From the NCBI GenBank assembly GCA_013265495.1, contig MU058919.1, positions 2,170,001 to 2,234,000 on the forward strand: 64,000 nt of DNA. Direction: 5' to 3'. Made by a program: the position numbers and the translations under genes. Positions 50,256-63,499 of this stretch are shown here, in pieces (positions within the stretch are counted from its first letter, which is position 1; every line of letters begins with the position of its first letter). This DNA comes from Vicugna vicugna. Its lineage: Eukaryota. Under the pieces are notes generated by a model. It did no database searches and had not been told where the DNA came from. It saw nothing but the letters and a program-made list of their open reading frames with translations.

Positions 50256-51539
50256 CTCCTTCATGATACTCTGTGTCTTCTTTTATGTTTGCTAACCGGG
50301 TGCTCTGGGGCTGAACTTATACTGATATTTATTTTTCTGAAAGCTTAAATGGCTAAAAATGAGGAAAACTGTGATTTTCAAGTTGCCCACAGTTTTCTCC
50401 TTATCTAGAGGTGGAGGCCAACCATGTCCCTGGGAAAAGACTGTGTGTCTGTTTGTTTGGGGGCGGGAAGGACATTTCAGTGTCCTTGTGGTCATGCAAA
50501 GTGGAGCCCCAAGCCTGCTCTGGGATGGAGATTTGAGGCTGCAACACGCTCGGACACCATGTGCTGACCTTCCAGGATGTCTCTGCCAGGCAGGGAGTTC
50601 CATCTTGTTAGGGGAACCAGTCAGGGGGACTGGGTTTCCTTCCTTCTTGGGGCTGAGAGGAAGCACATGGCCTTGAACTGACTCTGGTTAGAGGAAGATG
50701 ATGGAAGCCATCCTCTCACTCCTGGAGGAGCTGCCTGGCCCTGCCAAGCATGACTGTCTGAGACGGACACCTAAGGAGAAAGGGAGCCAACAGGGCCCCT
50801 GTGAAGGGCATGGCCGGTGGACTCCAGGAGATGTGAGTTCTGGGATCTGTTTAAAATTTTTCTTCCTTTACACTGCAGGCCTGATGTTACCCCTAAGCGT
50901 CTGTGGCCACAAAGATATACGGGAAGAATCTGTGTCCACACTTGGATGGAGGAGGAGAGCTCCAGCAGGCTGGACAATGAAGGGGGATGGTGATAAGGGG
51001 GTGGACATGCCCAACCGAGGTGATAAACTGTAATTTAGTCAGGATGGACACATTCCTGAGCCCCTCAGAAACACCTGGGGTGGGAGCAGGGGACTGGACG
51101 AAAACAGGACTTGTAGGCTGGGTGTTGATGGGAAGGTGCCTCCTGGAAACTGGGTCTGTGGACTCTGGCTGGTGAGTTCTTTCCCTACTCAAGTCTCCTT
51201 GAGAGCAGGAGGCATGCCTCACTCCTTCCTTGAGTCATCCTCATTGCCTACTAGCATGACTGCACATGGTAGGACCTTAATATTTGGACTCTAAAGCAAT
51301 CATCCATTACAGACAGCACAGTGATGCTGCCTGCCCAGGGTCCCAGAGTGAGTGAGTGGCAGAGCCTGGACTAGAACCTGGCTCTCCAGATCCCTAGGTC
51401 TGTGCTGTCAGGAACTATGAGTTACCTGCGTAAAACTACGAGCAGCTTCAGCCTCCTGGGATAAAAGAGGAAGTGGGTTGCCTTGAGCCAAGGGTGCACC
51501 ATTGAGCACCCAAGAACCAGCAGTCCCCTGCCCACAGTT

Positions 51540-52098
51540 TGTGGAGATCAGAATTCTAAGATGTGATCCCTCACTGTGCACATGGTGAGCTATCATGCCC
51601 ATGATCACGGTGTGTGATGTGGCAGAGGGATTCTGCAGCTGTAATTAAGGTTACTAATCAGTTGACCCTATGATAGGGAGAGTATCCAGGTGGGCCTAAC
51701 ATAATCCCAGACTCCTCTCTGGCTGGTGGCAGACAGAGAAATCAGAGAGGTTCAAAGCACAAAAAGCATTCAATGCGTCTTGAAGGTGGAGAGGGCCATT
51801 TGCAAGGACTGGAAAGTAGCCTGGAGGAGCTGAAAGCCATCCTGGCCAACAGTTGGCAAGTGTATGGGGACTTCAGTCCTACAGTCACAAGGAACCGAAT
51901 TCTGCCAACACCCTGAACGAGCACATTCTATCCTAGATAAGAGCCAAGCCAGCTGACACCTTGATTTCAGTCTCGTGAGACCCTAAGCTGAGTCCAGCTG
52001 AGCCTGGTGGACTGCTGCCTGTGGAACTGTAGATAATGGGTGTCAGTTCTAAGTCATAAACGTGGAGATTTGCTACACAGCAACAGAAGACTGATCCA
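51540..52098 (+). mobile_element. MLT1E-like MaLR solo LTR
   Basis: Starts tgtggagatcagaattctaagatg; contains taattaaggttactaatcagttgac; ends atttgctacacagcaacagaagactgatcca. Confidence 0.85.
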
Positions 52099-52879
52099 GT
52101 CTTCCCTGAAAGCTCTTTGCAGCAGGTTTTGGAGCAGGACAGACCACGGATGAGTTCCTGTTATTCTTACCAACTCTATAACCGCTGAGCCTCAGTGTCC
52201 TCATCTAAAAGTGATGGCTATGACACCTACCTGTCAGGGTGGCGCCCTTTACTGGAGTCTGAGGTAGGTGGCTGCTCTCAGGAGAATCCTTAACCACTCT
52301 GATCTCAGCTGACTCCTTATAAAACAGGGCCCATTAATACTCATCTTACCATTGGTCTAAAGATCGTATCAGATGAGACAATGAACAGAAGGAAAAACAC
52401 CAGCGTTCCTTATTTGTACCGTCAGCCTGAGCACAAGCCACAGACAGCACACGCCCAGAATCAGGCCCTAAACGGCCATCTCCTGTAAACACATCACCAA
52501 GCACTGTCATTTTTGTGTCGTTTAGGTCCCTCTAATTAAGAAATGTATTGAATGTTCCGAAAGAATTAAACATATCATCCTTTTGACTAGTCAGGTATCT
52601 CAATGTAATATTTTATTTGCATCAAAAAATAAGACTTCATGGAAGTCCAGAGGAGGTCCTGGGCTTTGAGCCTCTCTCAGCAGTGAGCGTGACTGGCTTC
52701 CTTATTTTATAGGAGAGAATCTTTGCCAAAGAAGCCCCATCACCAAGGAGTTTTTGCCAAAAGAAGTCGTCAAATCAGAAACTATGTTGTCATTTACCTT
52801 TTCATGCCAATCCCATCCCTCCCTGTCCCACGGGGAAAGCTCCTAATAAGGCACAGGCAAGCAATAAATTAGGAGAAGC

Positions 52880-52930
52880 CGCTGACACGTCGGCAGGAAG
52901 TAGTCACGTGGCCGGCGGAATCGCCTGCTC
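52880..52930. promoter_or_regulatory. ETS plus E-box composite motif in a CpG-rich patch
   Basis: CAGGAAGT at 52894-52901 adjacent to GTCACGTG at 52903-52910. Confidence 0.4.
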
Positions 52931-53549
52931 CGAATGGAACTGCCTCCCACTCACTGCGCCATATCTGAGAGCCCGTGATTCATGGATGCCCCGATCACAG
53001 CCCCCATGTTACCTAATAGATTTCTGAAGTTTTCCACCAAGCGTTTTATTTTAAATGACAGTTATTTCTATCAATGGGTGGGCCCTGTCAGTTTCCTGAC
53101 CCCGGTCGGGAAGGATGTCTTTCTGTTCAAATGGCAGTCATCATTTCTGTGAAGTGATGCATGTAAAGGAGGCAGCCAGTGCGAGACACCTCGCACGGGG
53201 CTGTCACTCAAGTTGACATCTCCATGTCGGAGCATTTTCTCCAAGTTTTCTCCATGTGACCTGCAAGTGAAAGATCAGGGGGCTCCCTTCATCCAAGCCA
53301 TCCATGTGCCAATCATCCTTACCTAAAAATGAAAGTTACAAATAAGCCAGAGCTTCTATTTATACTCCTCTGCCAGGCCCATCTTCTGCCTGTCAATCTC
53401 CCTCCTTCATTATGGATACGCGGTGCCGCGTCTCCTACGCTGGATCACAGATCAGCTGCTCCTGTTCCTCCGCTATTTGTTTTCCTGCACCTTCTGTGAT
53501 GTTTTATAAAATATCCGTGTCCTCCTGGCCTTAATAGGAGGAGTAAGTT

Positions 53550-53705
53550 TTCCTCTTCTTTCCTTTTCCTCTCCTTCTCTTCCTTCCATCTCTCCTCCTT
53601 CTCCCCTTTCCTTCCCTTCTCCCGTGTCCTCCTCTTCCTCTTTCCTCCCCATTCCTTCTCATTTCTCTTTCTTTCTCGTCCCTCCTTCTTTATTCCCTCC
53701 GTGTC
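53550..53705. repeat. CT-rich low-complexity (polypyrimidine) tract
   Basis: Directly visible. Confidence 0.85.
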
Positions 53706-53739
53706 CCAATGTCTTCACACCAGGAAGCCAAGATTTGAC

Positions 53740-54200
53740 CCTTGCTTGCTCAGCTCCTTTCTTTAGCCCTGCCCCAGGCCTCTTGCACCTGCCAGTCTGA
53801 ACCCCTGGCCTACCTGACATCTTCCTCTTGTCCTGACTGAGCTGCCCCTTTGTGACAGACTCACTTCTCCCCTTGGACCAGCCTCACCTCTCCACCTGGG
53901 GCCTTTGCTCCTCTGCACAGCCACCACTGAGGATCTTTCTCAGCTCCCCCTGGTAAGAGTACTACTCAGCTCATTTGTTCAACAAATTTTCATCGAGCAC
54001 CTTCGACATGCCGGGTTCTATGGAGGTACTGGGGATTGCGTGGTTAAGGAGACAGTCACAGACCCAGCTCGCAAGACCTGTGAAGCCTGATAGGGAAGAC
54101 AGACACCAAGCCCACGTCTGCCAACACGTGGTCAACACATGGCGATGCATGACCACATGTTCATCACCATGTGACATCTGTCACAAAGGAAGAGTCTCTC
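53740..54200. mobile_element. Two L2 fragments (sense about 53740-53950, antisense about 53955-54200)
   Basis: ctggggcctttgctcc (sense) and tcatttgttcaacaaattttcatcgagcacc (antisense tail). Confidence 0.55.
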
Positions 54201-54420
54201 ATCCATTCCCCTCATCATGTGCCTGCCCTGGTGGGGGCCACCAAAGGTGCTGCTCCCTGAAAACCGTGATCTGCTTTTAAGAACCTCCTGCCTCTGAGGA
54301 CGGAAGGCAGGCCCATCCTCCAGGGCAGACGAGGCCTTCCAGTCCTCTCCAAAGTCTTCCAAATGCTGATCTGGACGCCAGGGACTGGAGTTGGGTAAAG
54401 AACTGCTCGTGGCCCTTCCC

Positions 54421-54669
54421 TCAGGAGAGAGCCCCCTCACCATCCCCGTCCAGGTACGCTGTGGGACTCGGCTGTGCTCTCAAGCGCTTTGTGCGCACCG
54501 CGCAGTCTCCCAGCCCTCCCTCCGGCTCCGGCCGCTGCCTCCCCACCCTCACCATCTGCCTTCACTGGGGCGAAGCTTGACTGCGAGTCTGAAGACGCAG
54601 GCGTGAGCCCTGAGCTCCGAGAGCCCCAGGCGCTGCGCTGCTACCGCGGAGCAAAGGAAAAAAGTGAGT
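54421..54669 (+). promoter_or_regulatory. Small CpG-island-like element ending in a consensus plus-strand donor
   Basis: About 19 CpGs in 54421-54660 by manual count; AAA|gtgagt donor at 54664. Confidence 0.45.
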
Positions 54670-55649
54670 CTTAAAAACCACAAAAGTAGTGAAGAAAGGG
54701 AAGAAAATCATTGGCGTCGTCAGCCCCAGTTTCCCACGTGTGACGTGGGGGGGTGGTGACAGCACAAGAGACATTTTCAAAGCATCGCACACACCATTTG
54801 CCCCAGAAAACGTTGATCTGTGCAACAGAGCTCGACACGGGAGCAGCGCGGGAGAAGGTGGGGCGCACGCACATGTCTCCTTCTCTCTCTGCTCATCCTC
54901 CCCTGTAGGTGGTCACGTGGAAGGAAGTAAACTGAGGCACCAGGGCTGGGCTGACCGTGGGAAATGAGGGGTGTGCTTTGCACACCAGCCTCGATGTCTT
55001 CTGCACAGATACTGGCGACGTGAGACTCGTCATGACTTTGTGAGATTTCCAGGAGAAATTCAGAAAGTTCTGATATGGGCAAAGCTGCCCTGAGGCCAGC
55101 ACTGCTGACCTCCGAGACCAGGTGTCACTGCGAAATTGAACGCTTTACTTGGAGGACTGGGTTGAGGATACTGGGAGTTAAAAAAAATAAAACAAAGCTA
55201 CTGTTAACTCTTACACTAAAATAGCAGCCCAAAGTCAGACAATTAAGTGGAGAAACCATGCACAGATGTCATACACAGAGGAGGAGACAAAGGAAAGGGC
55301 GGCCTCTGATAAAGACCAGGAGGGACAGCGGATTTTTATGGCATATGCTGACAAATGGCCCAAGTGGAAGAAACACCCAGTAACTTGATTTCTCAGGATG
55401 TTGCAGAGATCAAAGGCTGGCCTCAGAGGCAAAATACCACAAGAAATGGCAGACCCTTTGTTTTTATTATTATTTTGGGGGACAATTTATATTTCAGAGC
55501 CATAACTCAAGGGCTAGAAATTCATGAACCAGCATCATGAGAGGTCAGTCAGTTGGCTGAACGGTGAGGAAATACTGCACTTAGAAATGATTTTCATCCC
55601 TCTCGTCCTACCCCCTCTCCAGGAAAGAAGGGGATACAGGACCTCTGTA

Positions 55650-55950
55650 AACAGATGGTGTCTCAGCTAAACGCTCCCGTGCCCGAGAATGCGGCCTTTT
55701 CTGAGTTTGATACTATGTCACTGTGTGTGCTCTTGTCAAATGTTCCATCATTACTGCTTTCTGGCATTTCATGTTCTCATAATTACCCGTATCCCCTGGA
55801 CTTGTCTCCCTCTAACTTTGTCTTCAGCGTCTTTATCATCTCCTAGGTCTGGTCTTCTTTGAATTGCCTATGGTTACATCTGTATCCACAGGATGAAAAT
55901 TACCCATCTCTCTGTGATCTGTCCCAATGTGCAGACATTTGGCAGCAGGT
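55650..55950 (+). mobile_element. L2 fragment
   Basis: L2-like text ending gacatttggcagcaggtaaataaa. Confidence 0.4.
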
Positions 55951-56879
55951 AAATAAAACATCCAGAAGTGCAATTGCTTCAGTTTTCATCCAGAACTTTG
56001 ACAGAGGGTAGGGACAGCCTGGATGAAAGCTAGCCTATTCTCAGGATTTTCCGCGTTTGGTTATCATTATATTGTTATTTATTGTTCATTTCATATAATT
56101 TACTAGCTCACCCAGGTAGCGATCAACAGGCATAATAATGTGATTAGTATTTTATACAAACAATTATCCTTCGAATATAAGTTACTAAATGGATTATGAT
56201 GAATCCAAGGATATTTTGGCAAATATCCCCAGAAGCTGCATTGGGACTAAAGCCATGGTAACAAAGCAACGTGTTCAAGTTAGGGGATGATTGCGGTGTT
56301 TGAAAAGCTTAATAGAAACATTAAGATTGTTGATATTGCTGATTCCAGGAAGACAGGCAGAGAAGTTTAATCGGGTATTAGGTAACATAGAGAATACAAA
56401 TAAAATTGATCAGAAATGCATGTCCTATAATTGATATATTTGCATCTCTCCAGTAGAGAATCACTCAGAGTGAGGGTAATGCTCAGGTTACTGTCATGTG
56501 TTTGAGGAACCTGAGAAGTAAAGGTGTGCTGTCTGCTGTTGCTGAGTTCCTAGCAGGTGTGGTCCAGGGTCTGATCGGTACTGCTGAACTCCCTTCTTTC
56601 TCTGCGTGGCCAGTAGAGGCCCACGAGCAAATTTGTGTTTCCACCCAGGCTCACGCATCCTCAAGCCCTTTGGATGTTTCAAAAATCCAGATCCTCAGTG
56701 GGTCTTCCTCAGTACGGCATTTGCTAAAAGAGTAGTGTTTTTCACTTAGTTACTCTTCTTACAGACAACGTCAAGCACTTACTAAAACAGAGACAGCAGT
56801 ATAATGAACCTCGAGGTACCCATCATTCAGCTTCACCAATTAGCAATCTTTTACAATTTTACCGCTGATTTCTTTTTTT

Positions 56880-57740
56880 ATTTGGTTACCAAAAAAAAAC
56901 TCCTAATGTAAAATTTAGCATCTGAACCATTTTTAAGTGTACAGTTCAGCAGCGTTAAGTATATTCACATTGTTGTAAAAGAGATCTGCAGAGCTTCTTA
57001 ATCTTGTGACTCTCTATGGCTATTACGCAACTTCCTTTTTCTCTTGCCCCAGTCCCTGGAAACCACTATCATGTTTTCTGTTTCTATGAATTTTACTACT
57101 TTAGATACCTCATGTGAGTAGAATCATGCAGTGTTTGTCTCTGTGTGATCAGCTTATTTCACGGAGCATAATGTCCTCAAGTTCATCCCGTGTTGTAGCA
57201 TGGGACAGGTTTTCCTTCCTTTTAAGGCTGAATATCCCATTGTATGAACATATCACATTTTGTTTATCTATCCATCTGTAGGTGGACACTTGGGTGCTTC
57301 TGCCTTTCGGCTCCTCTGACTAGTGCTGCTGTGAACACAAGTACCCAAATACCTCTTCAAGATCTTGCATTCAATTCTCTTGGATATACACCCAGAAGTG
57401 GGATTGCTAGACCATATGGTAGTTGGCTTGTTTGTCTGAGAAGACTTCATACTGTTTGCCAAAGTGGTTGCACCATTTTACAATAACATCAACAGGACAC
57501 AAGAGTTACAATGTCTTTACATCCTTGCCAACACATGTTATTTTCTGTTTTTTGATAGTAGCCCTCCTNNNNNNNNNNNNNNNNNNNNNNNNNNNNNNNN
57601 NNNNNNNNNNNNNNNNNNNNNNNNNNNNNNNNNNNNNNNNNNNNNNNNNNNNNNNNNNNNNNNNNNNNNNNNNNNNNNNNNNNNNNNNNNNNNNNNNNNN
57701 NNNNNNNNNNNNNNNNNNNNGATTTTTTATTGTTGAGTTG
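56880..57740 (-). mobile_element. L1MB-type 3' end, with N-run 57569-57720
   Basis: ccatttttaagtgtacagttcag...ttagatacctcatgtgagtagaatcatgcag...cccagaagtgggattgctag is antisense L1. Confidence 0.9.
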
Positions 57741-58049
57741 TGATTTCTTCTTGAGCAGAGACACAGAAGGTTTTCTGGCTTGTTTTTAACCATAAAATTG
57801 TAAAAGAAAAAAGGTGACTAGATCACTGAAATGGAGGAAGATCCAGATAATCACACAGAGGTGGTTTCCAACATAAGCCAGAAAGAATTAGCAGGTGAAC
57901 TTCAACTATCCGTATGGCTAATGTGAATCACCCTTCAGTCATCAAACATTAACGGTTGCCCTAAGGAGCCAGCCCTCCTAAGAGCACGGGGATATAATGT
58001 GTTCAAAGAGTTCACATCAATGGAGAAGAAAGGCAGGGTTTTTTTGTCT

Positions 58050-58830
58050 GGCTTTTTTTTTTTAACAGCTTTATCGAGATATACTCCACATACCCACAGA
58101 ATGTACCCATTTAAAGTATATAATTCAATGGGTTTTTGTGTATTAAATTTTGAGATGATGATAAAGTATATAAAATTTTATATACATATATATTTTATAT
58201 ACTTTATCATATATATATGATATATATATGTATAATGTGTAACATAAAAGCTATCATTTAAGCCATTTTTAAGTGCACATTAAGGCACAAGATTTGGGAG
58301 TATGCATCCCATAGGCTGGCCAGCAACCTTCAATATGATTGAGGTTCTTCGTGCTACTTCAGGCGGGATGGTCAAGTTTTCTTCTCAAGTTCCTTGTGAG
58401 AGAAAGCAAACGCATGAGCCCTTATTGCTGCCTTAACTGTTCCCTTTGGTCAGAGGACAAATACTAGAGAGAAGCTGGTGAAGCATCTAAACATGCCCCT
58501 CCTTTATTTAGTCACTAATCATCAATTACTTGGTATGAAGGTCTTTAAATTAAATAGTAATTTTTTTGCCAAATTACTCATTCACATGGTTCAAATGTTA
58601 AAAAAAAATCTCAAAAGGATGCCAATTCCTCATCTCTCCCAACAAAGGACAAGCATTATTAGATTTTTTATTTCTGTTTTTTTTCCTCCCAGAGATTTTT
58701 AAAGCATGTAGAATCCAAGGCAAATACTTATTCTTCTGCCTGACTTTTATCATAAATGGTAGCATATTATGTACATTGTTCCACACCTTGCATCTTTCAC
58801 TTAACAATATATTTGGAGAGCTTTCATGAT
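58050..58830 (-). mobile_element. Short L1M 3' fragments and a TA-rich tract
   Basis: acagctttatcgagatatactccacatacc...aaagtatataattcaatggg; TA-rich at about 58170-58235; ataaatggtagcatattatgtacattgttcc. Confidence 0.55.
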
Positions 58831-59679
58831 GAGTTTTTGATCATCACAAACAGTAAGAAATCAAGACTTCTGATGGGAGTAATTTTTTAAAAGTATTTAG
58901 TTATTACTTGATGACTAATGTGTGAGTCATTTATAATCAGTGTCTACCAGAGCACACAAAAGTTCACAGCCTGAACACACCTGGGTGGAAAGAGACCCCG
59001 TCTCTACCTGAATTACGAGGCAATTGTGGTTGATTAGAGTGGATCTAAAAATACATGGCCCTTTCCCTCTTCCATCAGGGACATACTCCTTTGTATTTTG
59101 ATCCCAACTTATTTTCAAAATCAGCATAGCTGTGGCTTGAACTGCTTCACAGACACTTCAAAAGTGAGGCAGTGGCTCAGAAAGATGAGAAATGGCTCCG
59201 TGGAGGCCAATCTGTATCCTAGAAAACTGACAGACCTCTCTGGGGAGTAAATGAGGAGCACCTGAAGGTGAGAACCGCTCACTAGAACACGAGGTTGTGG
59301 CAGATCCTGAATCAGTCGACCAGCTCCTCCAAGCCAAATGCATCATTAATCAACAGGGAAAGAAATCACCTCCCCTGAGCGATGGGTATTGCGGGAAACT
59401 GGATTCAACTGCGGGAAAATCCACTTCCCCACCGTAGGTGGGCTATTCCTAAGCAGAGCTTATGATGATTGTCAGCTGGACGGCTCAGGATACACCTTGA
59501 AGGTGAATGGAATTAACTGCATCAAAGGAAAGAATGGGGTACAGAGAGGGAATATTGAGTATGAAAAGGGACGGAATTTGATAGCTCCCAACTGGTGAAA
59601 CTCTCCTCTTGACCTTATGTGGAGAAGAAAACTAAGAAAATTGGAAAGTTTCATTTTTGCCTCAAACGTTCCATCTGTG

Positions 59680-60130
59680 GGCTTCTATGATAATATTCAC
59701 CATCACCTATTAAATTATCCTCTCCTTGTCAAATTATCATGTGAGCCAGACCACCAGCTATCTCATTCCACCAGCCTCCCTTCATTCATCCATGGCATCT
59801 CGGCCCTCAGTCCTTTGATTGAAATAGATCATTCTGAAATGACCCATCTCCCTTCAGTTCTAATGAACTGAACAGGCTTCCTACAGGTGTGCACATCCTA
59901 ACCCAGCGTGGACCCCGACCCCCAGGTTCTGTTCCCATCTCGGATGAAGGGAGCCCGCTGCCTTGTTCTGCAAACCTGCATGCCTCTCCTTCCAGTCTTC
60001 CTCTGGCATGCTCAAGAATTTGCAGAATTTTAATATCTTCCCCAGATGTCCCACAACTGTGCCAATTAATGTTTTAAAAATGATCTATATTTTATTCCTT
60101 AATTCCATTAACAAATTTATGACTGAACAG
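59680..60130 (+). mobile_element. L2 fragment
   Basis: Pyrimidine-rich L2-like body. Confidence 0.4.
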
Positions 60131-61338
60131 ACTTGTGGGTTTTTAACCAGAGAAAGAGAGTGCGATCACTAGAAACTGTCGCAACATATTCTTAAACCTC
60201 TAGTGAGAGCAGTTGGTTGGAGGTGCAGTGCCTGCCTGCGGATGATGCCTGCCTGGGGATAAAGTCATCTGTGCCACCTGCCCCGAAGCCCTGGCACAGC
60301 TCGAGGCGGGGAGACCACTGGGGTTTGTGAGCGCATTGTTTTGGAGAAAGATAATGTGGCAGGAGGTTGTTATTTAATAACCAGTTGCATTCTGAGCTGG
60401 AGAGTTAATCGCTACCATTCAGCAGTGATCGCTCCAGGTGAGAGGAGCGCTGCTTCACATTGGAGAAAGTTTGGAAGACAGAAAGCTAATGGGGCTGACG
60501 CAGAGGAAGCTTGACAAGAATGCCGTTTGCAGTTCCAATTGTGTTGGAGCATCAGTGCCTTCCTTTGAGTTGGGTGCTTTCAAGGTGGAAATTAAAACAA
60601 AACAACTTGATACTGGGGACAGCCCCTTTCTGGGCTTTACCTGTCTGTCATGTTTGAAAGTTTTTACCATCAGCCTGTCTAATTTTTGTAATTAGAAAAA
60701 GCAATTGACATTCTTTAAAACAACAGAAAAAATTTGTTTTTGTTTTATCATTCTTGCTTTTCGCCTAGCTCTGTAGATAGCAGTAGCAGCTCAGGGTTCA
60801 GGGATGTTTACCCGACGGTGGTAAACAGCAGATTTTTGCTTTTACTTTCTGACTTGGGAGAGATGAGACGAATGAAGGCTGTTTCTAAGTAAGGCAGCAA
60901 AATCAAGAACAAGAAGATGGAGATAGAACGGTCATAATTTCTAGTCTGTTGGTGTTTGTCTTCAGCTTGTCTGTCGGTTCCCCAAAGCCATTCCATGTAT
61001 GCTGCTGGGAATCAGCTCTGACATTAAGAGCCAGAGAATGCAGTGTACAGGGATGGGAGTGGTGTGGCTTATGGAAGGACAATCCAGTGATGCTGGCTCA
61101 GAGACACTGCCATTCAACCTTGCCTGCAGTTTTTATCACCCAGGGAGCTTCACAAGAGACTGATGATCCAGGCCCACCCCCGAAGACGCGGACGTGATTG
61201 CTCTGGATACATGTCAGCTGACTCTACTGTGCACCTGCAGTCAAGACCCTTCACCCTTCTCCTCCCGTCTCCGGCTCCTGCCGCGGAGAAAGCTCCCTTT
61301 CAGCGCGGTCTACGGGCCACCAGCACCCACAGCTTCCG

Positions 61339-61455
61339 GGAGCATGTCAGAAATTCAGACTCTCAGGCCCCATCCCAGACCTTCTGGATCAGAACCTGCA
61401 TTTTCACAAGATCCCCAGATGTGTGGTGTGCATGTCACACTTTAAGAAGCACTGA
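61339..61455. mobile_element. MER5A-type MITE
   Basis: agaaattcagactctcaggccccatcccagacc...gaacctgcattttcacaagatccccag...tttaagaagcactg. Confidence 0.8.
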
Positions 61456-61551
61456 TCTAGGCCTCAAAATCTCTAGCCCGAACTCATCCACAGTCTCCCA
61501 GGGGCCTTCTTTTCTCTGTTCTTTCCCATTTCAAGGCCATCTCCATACTGT

Positions 61552-62051
61552 TGAAGGGGTTCAGAATAAGCCACCGTAAAATTATTTTGAGCTGAGGCAG
61601 TTGAATTCCTGAAATCTGCCTAAAAGCAGAGTCTCTCAAAAGAACTCAGTGGTCATAAATCCCCTCTCGCTGAGCAACTCTGTTTCTTCTCTTCTCTGAC
61701 CCAAAAAGACATTGTCACAAGACCATCATATCTCCCATCTATTCTCCTAAGGGCCCATTTGTCTTTCCAAAAAGTCGTTTTCTTTTCCATAAGTTCCCTT
61801 TCTCCCCCTCTTTTAAGAAGTCATTTGTCCTCCCCAAAGTACCCCTCTGCCCCTTCCTATCCCCCTGGTAAGATGGTATATAAGCCACAAATTCTAACCA
61901 CCTCCTTGAGTCACATTTCTTTGTGAACTCTCCTGTATGTATGTAATTAAATCTGTTTTTTCTTTTGCTAACCTGTCTTTTATGAGTTTAACTTGCATTC
62001 CCCCAAGAACTGAACCTAAGAGGGTAGAGAAAAAGCTTTTCCTCCCCAACA
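61552..62051 (+). mobile_element. MER34-like ERV1 solo LTR
   Basis: tgaaggggttcagaataagccacc...ttattttgagctgaggc; TATATAA at 61877-61883; ATTAAA at 61946-61951; CA end; near-TSD ctgt/ctat. Confidence 0.8.
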
Positions 62052-62089
62052 CTATGTACCTGATCATGTCATGCTGGTGCCCATAGGAT

Positions 62090-62480
62090 AAAGCACAAAC
62101 TTCTTCACCTGGCAACAAGGCGACTCAAAACCAGGCTCCTGCCTACTTTTCTAGACTTATTGTGTGTCCCTGGCTCCCTGGAACCCTGCTGCTCCAGCCA
62201 TCAAAGCCCTTTCATGAATCTGTACATCTCCACAAACTGTTCACTTTAAACAGACTGTCTTTCTCCCTCTTCTCTCCCTGGGGGTCTCTCACTCTCAAGA
62301 ACATCTCCAATGTTGCCCTATCCACACAACCTTCCCTATTTTCTTCCCAGAAAAGGTTCTCAGTGCCCTAGTCTGTGAATCCAACACCTAGCATGACGTC
62401 TAGTTCACAGGAGGTCCTCAAAAACTAGTTTTGTTTGAGTAAATGCACGGAAGAAAAGATGGATGGATTGACGGATGGGA
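62090..62480 (+). mobile_element. L2 3' end
   Basis: cctgcctacttttctagact...cctagcatgacgtctagttcacaggaggtcctcaaaaa followed by a gatg/gaat-type tail. Confidence 0.65.
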
Positions 62481-63499
62481 GACTAAAAACTTTTATTTCC
62501 CAAATCTCTCCATCCATGAAAATATTTAAAGGTCAGTACCACCCTTAGCTTCAGGCAAGAGGGGCCTCTGTCCTGGGTTCTGAACGTCTGGGTTGTGTAT
62601 ATCACAAACACACACAATGAATGTTTTAAAGGACACATGGGTGCCTCTGTCACAGGGGGCCTCACAGGTGATGCTGGTACAGTCCCACTGGCAGCCCGAA
62701 CCACCTGCTCAGGGGAAAAGCATAGCTCAGCCCCTAGGGAAACACTTCTTTACATCTCTTGCTCTATGTTCTTGAAACAAAAAGTGCCTGAGCTCAAGTG
62801 CCATGAAGGTTTGGGGTTGTACCTGTAGATGTCAGAAATAGACACAGCTTCAGAACAGGGGAGCATTTGAGCAGCAGAAGTGCTTAGGTAAGACAAACAA
62901 GTAATTAATTACCTTGTCAAATGCATTCTCCTAGACAGGACAAACATAAGAGATTCTTGCATAATGAAGCCTTCTTTGTGATGCTGAGGGTCCATTTTCT
63001 TGTTTCTCTTCATATTTCAATTTGTGGCCCAGAGGTACTGGAAAACATTTTGCAATAGTTAAATAATTCATATTACTCTTAAATTTACATACATATGGAT
63101 CTAGATATAACATGCATGAAGCCTGGTAACAACTCCTGTGCTTGTAACTAGATGGACATTGAACACTAGAAATGGAAGTAACCCTGTATTTGTCAGCTAT
63201 GTAATATGATTAGCTAAGGTTTCAAAATTAAATAAAAATTCAACTTTAAAAAACAGCTTCACTTTTTATACTTGTTAATGCTATTTTCTATTTTCCCTTT
63301 TAACTTTAATAGATATTCTTACTACTTTAAAAGAAAGTAACTTAAAAACATACGTTTCTGTTTTATCATCAAACAAAAATGTTTTTGTCACATTTGCTTT
63401 CATTTACTTTTTGATATAAATATATTTAAATTGTATTTACTTTTAAGTCCAACTGCATTCTATTTTTAATCTTTAAATCACTGGGAATAAATATAAGGC

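Noticed and set aside
2580-57793. ORFs spanning N-runs
   Set aside because: They are open only because N codons cannot be stops; the one informative case (11265-11567) is L1 ORF2 debris.
49215-60300. CTCF-like motifs near 49218, 52235 and 60275
   Set aside because: Each deviates from the core consensus at several positions.
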